This document shows positions 9,304 through 17,435 of a stretch of DNA of 64,000 bases, one piece after another (the first letter of the stretch is position 1; the number at the start of each line of letters is the position of its first letter). The DNA comes from an uncultured Pseudomonadales bacterium (lineage in GTDB: Bacteria > Patescibacteriota > Microgenomatia > UBA1400 > PJMF01): assembly GCA_964406075.1 (NCBI GenBank), contig CAYOQI010000004.1:57718-121717 (forward strand). Reading direction: 5' to 3'. Position numbers and translations under genes: made by a program. The notes below the pieces were generated by a model that saw only the letters and a list, made by a program, of their open reading frames with translations, did not search any database and was not told where the DNA came from.

Positions 9304-11454
9304 ATGCCCAATACCACTCTGGTCACTCTCGAGCTTCGAACAGCGCGCGATGCCACCCATACGCCAGAGGCTGCTGCGCAACTTTTTGCTTCACTTCCCA
9401 ATCCACCTCATGGTTTTTTCAATCAATTCAAATCAGCCCCCTTATGTACATTTGAAATTTTGAATCAAGGTCAGGTGACGTACTTTTTTCTAACAGTTCC
9501 CGAAGATCTGGTGACATACTTTAAAAGCCAGCTTACTTCTAATTACCCTGAAATTTTAATCAAAAACCTCGAGCATAACCCGTTTGAAGAATTATATTCA
9601 GAACTCCCCAAAGCTTTAGGTGAGCTTCGATTAAGTGCGACAAACTACTTCTCGTTAAAAACGTATCAAGAATTCAAAGATATTGATCCTTTGTCTTCGA
9701 TCCTTTCTACCTTAACCCGAGCCATGGAAGGTGATACAGCATTGATTCAATTTCAACTCCGCAAAGATCGAGAAAGATGGAAAAATCATCCTTGGTCGCT
9801 AGTGCACGATGGTATTAAAAAAGCTGATGGTACTTTCTCACCCCACCCCCAAAAATCAGAAATTGAGGCCAAGATTACTCAAACCACGCTACAAACTGGA
9901 ATTCGTATTTTGATTCAAAGTCAAAATCAAACTCAGGCTGATCAGCTCATGATGAGTCTCACTCAGTCATTCCAAAGTGTTGATTCCCAACACAATCGAC
10001 TAACATTGAAGAAACCCGCTTTTTTTAATCGAAAAAAGTTTATAAAACAAACATTAGAGAGAACTTGGGAGCCTCCCAAACAATTTTTATCGCTGTCTGA
10101 ACTGGCAACGCTATACCATCTCCCCAACGTTCAACTCTCAACTGTCAAAAATATTGCCTGGGGAAAAACATTACTCGGTGAACCGCCTGAAAATTTACCA
10201 TTTTTTGAAGTGATACCAGAAGAACAACGGACCGAAGTCAATCTTTTTGGAACTACAGAATTTAAAAATCAAAAACGTATCTTCGGTATTCGTGAACCTG
10301 ATCTACGTCGTCACATGTATGTGATTGGGAAAAGTGGAACTGGAAAATCAACGTTGCTTGCCAACATGATCATCAATGATTTAAAACATGATAAAGGTGT
10401 TGCAGTCGTCGACCCTCATGGAGATTTGATTGAGACCGTCTTGAATTACATCCCTAAGCGACGTATGAACGATGTCATCTTAATCGATCCCACTGACCCA
10501 CATGCCGTAGTGAAGTTAAATCTGTTTGAAGGTGGAACGATGATTCACCGAGAACTCATTGCTTCAGGTATCGTAGCTATTTTTCAAAAACTCTATGCAA
10601 ATTCTTGGGGACCGAGACTCGAGTATATTTTACGAAATACCCTTTTAACTCTGCTGTCTCAAAATGCCAAATTGGAAGACATCCTGAGGATGCTGACTGA
10701 CAAGCGGTATCGTCAAAGAGTGATTGAAAACATGGATGATATGGTTTTGAAAAATTTCTGGGTGGAAGAATTTGAAAAACTACAGGATAAACAACGCACC
10801 GAAGCCATCTCTCCTATTTTGAATAAAGTTGGCCAGTTTGTGACATCTCCTTTGATTCGAAATGTGGTCAATACTAATCAAAGTTCATTTAGTATCGAAG
10901 ATGCCATGAACAACGGTCAGATCATGTTGATCAACCTATCCCAAGGAAAGTTAGGTGAAGATAATACTGCCTTGCTTGGAGCGATGTTGATTACCAAAAT
11001 TCAATTGGCTGCCATGAATCGTGTCTATATTCCTGAAGAAGAGCGTCGAGATTTTCACCTCTATATCGATGAGTTCCAAAACTTTGCTACCTCTAGTTTT
11101 ATCAAAATTTTATCTGAAGCCCGCAAGTATCGATTGAGTTTAATTTTAGCCAACCAATACATCGATCAAATTCCGGATGAAATTAAGGCTGCTATTTTTG
11201 GAAACGTCGGAAGTATGGCCAGTTTCATTCTAGGAGCTCAAGATGCGGAGTGGATGATGAAAGAATTTGGGAATAAATACACCCAAGAAGATTTGGTTTC
11301 TCTTGGACGTTATCAGATCATCGTCAAGCTCATGATTGATAATCACATGAGCCACCCATTTCCAGCAGAAACACTCGGCCTGGCATCATCATTTAATCAG
11401 AACAAGGAAAAGGTTATTCGTGTATCACGAGAACGCTACGCAAGAAAACGGTAG
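9304..11454 (+). CDS. P-loop NTPase of the FtsK/HerA/VirD4-TraG (type IV coupling protein-like) superfamily, predicted soluble.
   Basis: Walker A GKSGTGKSTLLANM followed by VAVVDPHGDL. Walker B HLYIDEFQNFATS. The C-terminal LILANQYIDQIPDEIKAAIFGNVGSMASFILGAQDAEWM resembles the TraG/TraD C-terminal region. No N-terminal TM helices. Confidence 0.6.
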   Translation: MPNTTLVTLELRTARDATHTPEAAAQLFASLPNPPHGFFNQFKSAPLCTFEILNQGQVTYFFLTVPEDLVTYFKSQLTSNYPEILIKNLEHNPFEELYSELPKALGELRLSATNYFSLKTYQEFKDIDPLSSILSTLTRAMEGDTALIQFQLRKDRERWKNHPWSLVHDGIKKADGTFSPHPQKSEIEAKITQTTLQTGIRILIQSQNQTQADQLMMSLTQSFQSVDSQHNRLTLKKPAFFNRKKFIKQTLERTWEPPKQFLSLSELATLYHLPNVQLSTVKNIAWGKTLLGEPPENLPFFEVIPEEQRTEVNLFGTTEFKNQKRIFGIREPDLRRHMYVIGKSGTGKSTLLANMIINDLKHDKGVAVVDPHGDLIETVLNYIPKRRMNDVILIDPTDPHAVVKLNLFEGGTMIHRELIASGIVAIFQKLYANSWGPRLEYILRNTLLTLLSQNAKLEDILRMLTDKRYRQRVIENMDDMVLKNFWVEEFEKLQDKQRTEAISPILNKVGQFVTSPLIRNVVNTNQSSFSIEDAMNNGQIMLINLSQGKLGEDNTALLGAMLITKIQLAAMNRVYIPEEERRDFHLYIDEFQNFATSSFIKILSEARKYRLSLILANQYIDQIPDEIKAAIFGNVGSMASFILGAQDAEWMMKEFGNKYTQEDLVSLGRYQIIVKLMIDNHMSHPFPAETLGLASSFNQNKEKVIRVSRERYARKR

Positions 11455-12564
11455 TTAATTCGGTAGGGGTTCAACTTCTTGGAAACGATATGATTCTCGC
11501 TTGAGTGTATTTACTTGCTGACCAATACCTTCAAAAATCTCCTGCAGATCATTGGCATTCGTGGTTTCATACACTTTTGCAGGATCCGCAATCATTTCTC
11601 CCAATATTTTACTTCCCAACTCAAGCTGGGCTGAATTTAAAAATGATGTATTTCTATAAAATACTCCGAATAATTCATATCCGGCTTCACGCTGGTTTGT
11701 AGCAATCGTAATCGCATTATCTGAACACTCAGTGCCTGCACCCTCAGGGGCATAATTATCTAGTGACGCATAATCAAGTACTTCTCTGCTACACCCAAAA
11801 ATTGTTCCATTCGAACGAACTCCTCGATTCGCGACACCATCTGTAAAAAAGACAATGATATTTTTACGTGGAATAGGTGGTGGATCAGCTTTATCTAATT
11901 CTTCTGATGCTGATAGCATCCCAGCTCCAATATTGGTCAACTGTGTACCTCGTAAAATCTCAACTTCACCCACCCTATTAATAATCGATATTTTATCTGT
12001 ACTTAATTCATGATCAATTCTACCCTCGTTGGCATAACTAATGATGCTGATTCGATCATCTGGACCAAGTTCAATCTCATTTACCATATTTTGAATTGCA
12101 GTTTTTAAGGTATCAATGGTTGAATGCATACTACCTGAACGGTCAATCACAATTGCAATATCTAAAGGTAAATCTGCTGTGGAAGTTTCTTCGGTCACTT
12201 GGTACTGAGCTGTAAAACGCCGCTTGGCATCCCGAAAATTTGATCCGATATCAATATCGTATGTTTCAGATCCAGCATCATAGGTTAAATTTCTGGTAAC
12301 TCTAGTGTCACCAATCATGATTTCATCGGAATATGGATTTTCAGCCGGCCAACCAGGATACGTTCGTAATATTTGAAATGTGTCATACAAACCACCCTCA
12401 ACAGCATAGTACGCTTTTCTGGAATACTGCCCACTCAACGATCGTTCCGATCCAACTCTTGCTAGAAGCAACATACTAAAAAAAGCCAGTTCTAATAACA
12501 ACGCAATCACTAAAACGAGTAGTAGTGTTGACAAGCCTGATTGGTGTGAGAGTTTTTTTTTCAT
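11455..12564 (-). CDS. von Willebrand factor A (VWA/MIDAS) domain protein with an N-terminal hydrophobic anchor. Putative pilus-associated adhesin (TadG/PilY1-like role).
   Basis: MIDAS motif DRSGSM (DxSxS) in IAIVIDRSGSMHSTIDTLK, followed by FFTDGVANRG. N-terminal LSTLLLVLVIALLLELAFF. Adjacent to three prepilin genes. Confidence 0.7.
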   Translation of the reverse strand: MKKKLSHQSGLSTLLLVLVIALLLELAFFSMLLLARVGSERSLSGQYSRKAYYAVEGGLYDTFQILRTYPGWPAENPYSDEIMIGDTRVTRNLTYDAGSETYDIDIGSNFRDAKRRFTAQYQVTEETSTADLPLDIAIVIDRSGSMHSTIDTLKTAIQNMVNEIELGPDDRISIISYANEGRIDHELSTDKISIINRVGEVEILRGTQLTNIGAGMLSASEELDKADPPPIPRKNIIVFFTDGVANRGVRSNGTIFGCSREVLDYASLDNYAPEGAGTECSDNAITIATNQREAGYELFGVFYRNTSFLNSAQLELGSKILGEMIADPAKVYETTNANDLQEIFEGIGQQVNTLKRESYRFQEVEPLPN

Positions 12565-12576
12565 TTGATTTTAAAT

Positions 12577-13104
12577 CTATAAAACGATCTGGTTCCTCAT
12601 CGAGACCACGATCACTTTTTCAATTCTTTCCGGATTTCCTATCGCCATTTCCAATCCAATCCGAATTCTTAAGAGCGACAAAGTTCCTTCATCTTGAAGA
12701 TTCTCAATATCAAAATCTGTCACTCGAATGTTCGATGACAGTAATGTCTTCTCATTTTTCAAAAGTACTCCGTCTTCTACTCTATAGATCGTCGTAATGA
12801 GGACACCTGGTGTCTCTTCTTTTACTACTTCTAAGCTGTCTTCAACTCCCATGTCTGTCACAATTGCCGACTCCCCCCATTGAATTTCTTGGGTTAAATC
12901 ATTGGCTAAAGAAATCATCGAGCTTTGAATAACTTCTTGCCGATCTCCGGTTCTCTGAGAACGAAAGATGTCTGTCACAATCGCTAAAATGGAAGTTATC
13001 AGCACCACAATAATTAGGAGGAAAATAATCAACTCAAACAAGGTAAACCCCGCCTCAAGATCATGGTTCTTTTTATTGTTAACTGTTAACTGGTCGACTG
13101 ACAT
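12577..13104 (-). CDS. Prepilin-type N-terminal cleavage/methylation domain protein (type IV pilin/pseudopilin).
   Basis: Class III signal KKNHDLEAG|FTLFELIIFLLIIVV, with Glu at +5 after the cleavage Gly. Confidence 0.7.
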   Translation of the reverse strand: MSVDQLTVNNKKNHDLEAGFTLFELIIFLLIIVVLITSILAIVTDIFRSQRTGDRQEVIQSSMISLANDLTQEIQWGESAIVTDMGVEDSLEVVKEETPGVLITTIYRVEDGVLLKNEKTLLSSNIRVTDFDIENLQDEGTLSLLRIRIGLEMAIGNPERIEKVIVVSMRNQIVL

Positions 13105-13634
13105 TATTCTTCCCCTTTCTTAATCACATACATTTCATACTCAACCTCTTGGGGAATACCATTAATATTCCAGCTCACTCGTGTAATAAGTCTTAAAGTA
13201 TCGGGATCATCGATAGCATCACTGACACTTTCATCCACAACTTGAAACGTAACCGGATCTCGAACAATGTTTTGAACAAATATTTCGCGAGTGAATTTAT
13301 CTTCCAACACCTCTGTTCCATTCAGTAACTGTAAAAATGGTGAATACTCAGGGTGATATGGCTCATCAGCATCAAAACTGGTACTAAACAACTCCCAATC
13401 GGTGGTAGAACTTGCCAAGTTGTACGCAATTTCCATCCCCTCTTGAGCATGTAAACCTGCTTCTACTCTTTCCCAAGAAGTACGTTGGGAAGAAAATACA
13501 TGTTGAAAAGAGATTATGAAAAAAACAATTAAAGAGATAAAAATCCCCATAGAAATGACAGCTTCCAGCAAGAGATATCCTTGCTCAGAGTGACGCTTAG
13601 AGTGGTTGTGGTACGGTTGTGTCAAGAACGCCAT
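13104..13634 (-). CDS. Prepilin-type pseudopilin.
   Basis: SEQG|YLLLEAVISMGIFISLIVFF prepilin motif with E at +5. Overlaps the upstream pilin ORF by 38 nt, so the start codon is uncertain. Confidence 0.6.
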   Translation of the reverse strand: MAFLTQPYHNHSKRHSEQGYLLLEAVISMGIFISLIVFFIISFQHVFSSQRTSWERVEAGLHAQEGMEIAYNLASSTTDWELFSTSFDADEPYHPEYSPFLQLLNGTEVLEDKFTREIFVQNIVRDPVTFQVVDESVSDAIDDPDTLRLITRVSWNINGIPQEVEYEMYVIKKGEE

Positions 13635-14076
13635 AAGAATTTATACGAATCTGAGTGGTAAAACGGTTTGATTGTAGTTCAAGAGTTAAATCACTTCCCG
13701 GTGGATTTGTTTCTTGCGGGGACAATTCTAGTTGCCCCGTCAATTTCCGAAAAAAAACAAGGTCTGCGGTTGAATTTAATTGAATACCATATTGATAAGA
13801 AATTTGTTTATTTTCAGGCAAAAGCAAGTAGAATCCTGGAGAAACGAATGAGATACCATAACTCTCCCCGTTTTGAGCCACACGTGATTTTTGTTGTGCT
13901 TGCTTGAGCTCAGCCACGATTTTGTCGCGTTCCTTGGTCAATCGTTGGCGCTCTAAAGTTCCAAGTAAATATGGGGTGCTCGCACCAACCACCAACGCAA
14001 TAATTGTCATCACCACAATCAACTCCACTAAAGTGAAACCAGATGAATTCTGATGTTGGGCAGAACGAAAAAACAT
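13597..14076 (-). CDS. Prepilin-type pseudopilin (GspH/FimT-like).
   Basis: NSSG|FTLVELIVVMTIIALVVG is a canonical type IV pilin N-terminus. Confidence 0.7.
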   Translation of the reverse strand: MFFRSAQHQNSSGFTLVELIVVMTIIALVVGASTPYLLGTLERQRLTKERDKIVAELKQAQQKSRVAQNGESYGISFVSPGFYLLLPENKQISYQYGIQLNSTADLVFFRKLTGQLELSPQETNPPGSDLTLELQSNRFTTQIRINSYGVLDTTVPQPL

Positions 14077-14133
14077 GTACGTATTTAGTGTACATGAGGA
14101 CTGTGAGGAAGAAAAGAAAGTGTGCCCCCACCG

Positions 14134-14162
14134 GGAACCTGCCTGCCGGCAGGCAGGTCGAA
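14134..14162. repeat. GC-rich perfect palindrome (ggaaCCTGCCTGCCGGCAGGCAGGtcgaa) immediately 3' of tRNA-Arg. A second copy lies at 62365-62397.
   Basis: The 20-nt core CCTGCCTGCCGGCAGGCAGG is self-complementary. It appears twice in the window, both times just downstream of a minus-strand tRNA gene. Confidence 0.6.
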
Positions 14163-14189
14163 ATTTGGATTTAGGGTTTAGGAAATTAG

Positions 14190-14261
14190 TGCCGATACCG
14201 GGAGTCGAACCTGGATTTAAGGTTTAGGAAACCTCCGTTCTATCCATTGAACTATATCGGC
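14190..14261 (-). tRNA. tRNA-Arg (anticodon CCT).
   Basis: Manual fold: acceptor GCCGATA/TATCGGC, D-arm GTTC-AATGGATA-GAAC, anticodon arm GAGGT-TTCCTAA-ACCTT, T-arm CCAGG-TTCGACT-CCCGG (one A-C mismatch). 72 nt, CCA not encoded. Confidence 0.7.
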
Positions 14262-14343
14262 TATGAGTATAAAAAATTGTCATCCATAGGCTGCCTGCCC
14301 GCCTTTGGAGGGATCGCCTTTGGCGGAAACTATGGGAGCAGTG

Positions 14344-14415
14344 TCGGGGTGGAGGGAATTGAACCCTCTGCCTCTCGGTCCCGAACCGAGCGCTCTACCG
14401 ATGAGCCACACCCCG
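14344..14415 (-). tRNA. tRNA-Pro (anticodon CGG).
   Basis: Manual fold: acceptor CGGGGTG/CACCCCG, D-arm GCTC-ATCGGTA-GAGC, anticodon arm CTCGG-TTCGGGA-CCGAG (G37), T-arm GAGGG-TTCAATT-CCCTC. 72 nt. Confidence 0.8.
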
Positions 14416-14483
14416 TATAAAAACTCTTACCAATTTCTCCACACAGGTGAAGATAATCCTTAGAATTTTACCACCCTGATCCA

Positions 14484-14518
14484 AAAACGGACGGATGAGT
14501 TCCGCCCGTTTCTTTTTT
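14484..14518 (-). terminator. Rho-independent terminator downstream of ndk. The hairpin has poly-T on both strands.
   Basis: aaacggacggatgagttccgcccgtttctttttt: stem acggacgg/ccgcccgt flanked by A and T runs. Confidence 0.55.
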
Positions 14519-14531
14519 ATTTAAAAAAAAG

Positions 14532-14999
14532 TTACTTCTTCATTTCGTAATCAGCGTAAATAACGCACTCCATAGCAGATGAGTAATCAAATAATTCATC
14601 TTTTCCGAAAACGATTTTAATTTCTCGCTCTGCATCTTCAGCAATGGCTGAAGCATGAATAAGATTGAATTGTTGACTCATTCCAAAATCACCTCGAATA
14701 GAACCAGCCTCTGCTTCACGTCCTAACGTCGTTCCAACCAATTTGCGAACAACTGGAACCGCATCAATACCTTGCCATGCCATTGCGACAATTGGCATCT
14801 GCCCCATGAATGATTTTAAATCGCCAAAGAAACTCTTATCTTTGTGCTCGGCATACCAATCAGACAACATCTCATCAGTCATGAGCACCATCTTAATTCC
14901 GACTAACTTGAGGCCTTTTCGTTCAAATCGAGAAATGATCTCTCCGATCAAACCTCGTTGCAAACCATCTGGTTTGACTAATACTGCTGTGCGTTGCAT
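14532..14999 (-). CDS. ndk: Nucleoside diphosphate kinase.
   Basis: RTAVLVKPDGLQRGLIGEIISRFERKGLKLVG and NLIHASA (active-site His), 155 aa. Standard NDK signature. Confidence 0.9.
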   Translation of the reverse strand: MQRTAVLVKPDGLQRGLIGEIISRFERKGLKLVGIKMVLMTDEMLSDWYAEHKDKSFFGDLKSFMGQMPIVAMAWQGIDAVPVVRKLVGTTLGREAEAGSIRGDFGMSQQFNLIHASAIAEDAEREIKIVFGKDELFDYSSAMECVIYADYEMKK

Positions 15000-15197
15000 A
15001 AAATATCCCTTTCTTTAAAACTTTGTAGATCTGGAAGAATTGTATGATAAAAAGAAAAAAATGCTAGCTTAAAGTCGAATGCTCATTTTTGAGCTCTTAT
15101 AAAATCCTTACTATTAGTATAGTATCCAAAAAAAATCATCTGTACTCATTTGGCTATTACACTAAAACAAATCGTGTTCAACTTATCATAAATTAGT

Positions 15198-15824
15198 ATG
15201 CTGAAAAAAACTCAGATAATTAATCATTTTAAAACTTCTGATCCGATCATTTTCCAGTATTTGAGCACCTTTAATTTTGAAGAAAAAATAAATTCTAGAC
15301 CCGAAGAAACATACTACACTCATCTAGTGGAAAATATCATCGGCCAGCAACTTTCAACCAAAGTGGCTGATATCATCATTAAACGCTTTCAAAACTTGTT
15401 TGAACATGGATCTTTTACCCCACAACAAATAATTACCATAGAAACTGAGACTTTACGAGGCATTGGTATGTCCTACGCCAAGATAAAATATGTCAAAGAC
15501 TTATCCGAGCGTACCAAAGATAATTTGATTCAGTACTCAGATTTTAAAAATATGGTGGATGAAGACGTCATTCTTCAGCTTACCCAAGTCAAAGGAATCG
15601 GTCGGTGGACAGCAGAAATGTTTCTGATGTTTTCGTTGGGACGAGAAAATGTCTTTTCTTACGGCGATGGTGGACTTCGAAGAGCCATGACCAATTTGTA
15701 CGGTTTGGAAAAAAAAGCCGATTTTGAAGAAATTGGTGCTATCGTTGAAACTTGGAGCCCCTACAAAAGTTATGCGTCATTAGCGTTGTGGCATAGTTTA
15801 GATAATGTCTCACGACTAGATTAA
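15198..15824 (+). CDS. HhH-GPD family DNA glycosylase (AlkA-like DNA-3-methyladenine glycosylase II).
   Basis: LTQVKGIGRWTAEMFLMFSLGRENVFSYGDGGLRRA carries the HhH-GPD motif with a Gly/Pro-rich loop and catalytic Asp. Confidence 0.75.
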   Translation: MLKKTQIINHFKTSDPIIFQYLSTFNFEEKINSRPEETYYTHLVENIIGQQLSTKVADIIIKRFQNLFEHGSFTPQQIITIETETLRGIGMSYAKIKYVKDLSERTKDNLIQYSDFKNMVDEDVILQLTQVKGIGRWTAEMFLMFSLGRENVFSYGDGGLRRAMTNLYGLEKKADFEEIGAIVETWSPYKSYASLALWHSLDNVSRLD

Positions 15825-15834
15825 AATCAACTCA

Positions 15835-17127
15835 TTACTTTAATAACTTTTTAAATCTCTCTTCATCTTCAAATGGGCCGATCATGGCAAACCGGACTTC
15901 TCCAGGCTGAACCAGACGTGAGACTATTCTCTCAATATCTTCTGCATTCACTGCTTGTATCTTTGCAATGATCTCATCAAGAGTTCGGATTTTCCCTTCA
16001 AGAAGTAATTTAATCCCGTACGATAAAGCCACATTTTGACTATCTTCCATTCCAAGGATTAAATTCCCCACTGTAAAGTCCTTAGCCCGCTGAATTTCAG
16101 CTTCTTTAATTCGATTTGAACTCTCTAGCAGTTGAGTAAATTGGGATAGTGTTACTTGCACAGCTTCATCTATTCGCTTGGGATCCACGCCTGCAGCAGC
16201 CCCAAAGAAACCTGCTTCAGCATATGAATCAGCTTCACTATGAACGTAGTAACACAGTCCTCGTTTTTCTCGAACTTCCGTAAAGAGACGAGAGCTCATG
16301 TTTCCGCCAAGTGCAGTACTCAAGACTGACAAAGCGTATCTGTCTGGATCCATACGTTTTATGCCTGGAAATCCAATCACAAAATGAGCTTGTTCCGTTT
16401 TCTTATACTCCACCTTTACTCGAGATTCTTGACCAATTGGATTCTTAGTCACATCGAGAGATGCCGGCTTACTTCTTTTCAGTACTTCACCTTTACTAAA
16501 CATCTGGCTCACTTGATCAAGTAAGTCTGCTTTTTCAACTACTTCAGCATCCCCTACCACCATGACTACGATATTGTGCAGACCGTACCATTTATGTAAG
16601 TGATCTTGGAAATTTTGAATGGTCATGGATTTAACAGTTTCTCGAGTTCCAATCACCTCTCTACCAAGTGGAGATCCCGCATAAAACATTTGCTCAAACA
16701 CATCCCCAATATGTCTCATCGGTGTGTCTTCATACATGCTGATTTCTTCCAGAATAACTCCCTTTTCTCTCTCAAGATCATCTACTCGAAGCTTTGGCGT
16801 CAGCAACATATCAGAAACCACATCGAGTGCGACTGAGATATCTTTGCTTGCGGATTTGACGTAGTAGCCGGTATATTCCTTACTGGTAAAAGCGTTGTAC
16901 TCAGCTCCAATCGCATCAACTGTCATCGAGACATCTTGAGCTGTTGGATACTTCTCTGTTCCTTTAAATACCATGTGCTCAAGAAAGTGCGAGATCCCAC
17001 CGAGTTCAGCAGATTCATATCGAGATCCAACTTTGACTAAAGCCAAGACTGTCACACTCTTCACACTCTGGATCGGCACTCGCACGACTTGTAAACCAGA
17101 ATCCAAAACTGTTTTGTTGTATTGCAT
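15835..17127 (-). CDS. M16 family zinc peptidase (pitrilysin/insulinase-like).
   Basis: Inverted zinc motif HFLEHMVFKGT (HxxEH) with a downstream Glu-containing region. 430 aa. Confidence 0.85.
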   Translation of the reverse strand: MQYNKTVLDSGLQVVRVPIQSVKSVTVLALVKVGSRYESAELGGISHFLEHMVFKGTEKYPTAQDVSMTVDAIGAEYNAFTSKEYTGYYVKSASKDISVALDVVSDMLLTPKLRVDDLEREKGVILEEISMYEDTPMRHIGDVFEQMFYAGSPLGREVIGTRETVKSMTIQNFQDHLHKWYGLHNIVVMVVGDAEVVEKADLLDQVSQMFSKGEVLKRSKPASLDVTKNPIGQESRVKVEYKKTEQAHFVIGFPGIKRMDPDRYALSVLSTALGGNMSSRLFTEVREKRGLCYYVHSEADSYAEAGFFGAAAGVDPKRIDEAVQVTLSQFTQLLESSNRIKEAEIQRAKDFTVGNLILGMEDSQNVALSYGIKLLLEGKIRTLDEIIAKIQAVNAEDIERIVSRLVQPGEVRFAMIGPFEDEERFKKLLK

Positions 17128-17334
17128 ACTGTTCCTCTTTGTCTCACTCGAAGTGAGACAACCTAGTTAGGTAAAAACGGTTATTTATAACTTCACTCTC
17201 CACTTGTTCGCTGAGAAGCGTTTACATCCTAATTCGAATGCATCTCCTAAACAAGCTGGAAACCAATAACACCACCTACTAGCTGTATTAGTCTTATAAC
17301 TTAATTCGAAATACTATATCAAAACATATCATAA

Positions 17335-17414
17335 TACATCTTAATATAAAGAATGTGATCAAACTACCTGTTTATATATCAAAAGATATCTTAATATAAA
17401 GAATGTGATCAAAC
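17335..17414. repeat. Two copies of a 29-bp direct repeat (tatcttaatataaagaatgtgatcaaac) spaced 50 bp apart, about 25-100 bp upstream of the Wzy_C gene. Candidate regulatory site.
   Basis: Copies at about 17336-17364 and 17386-17414, read directly from the sequence. Confidence 0.5.
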
Positions 17415-17435
17415 CGCATCAGCTACAATAGCTGG

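Noticed and set aside
11455-12564. Calling the VWA protein itself a type IV pilin.
   Set aside because: Its N-terminus (SG|LSTLLLVLVIALLLE) lacks Glu at +5 and the canonical G-F/Y-T-L-x-E motif. It is kept as a VWA adhesin-like protein with a TM anchor.
17335-17414. Possible CRISPR array.
   Set aside because: There are only two repeat copies with a 50-bp spacer and no further copies. No cas genes are present. Interpreted as a promoter-region direct repeat instead.
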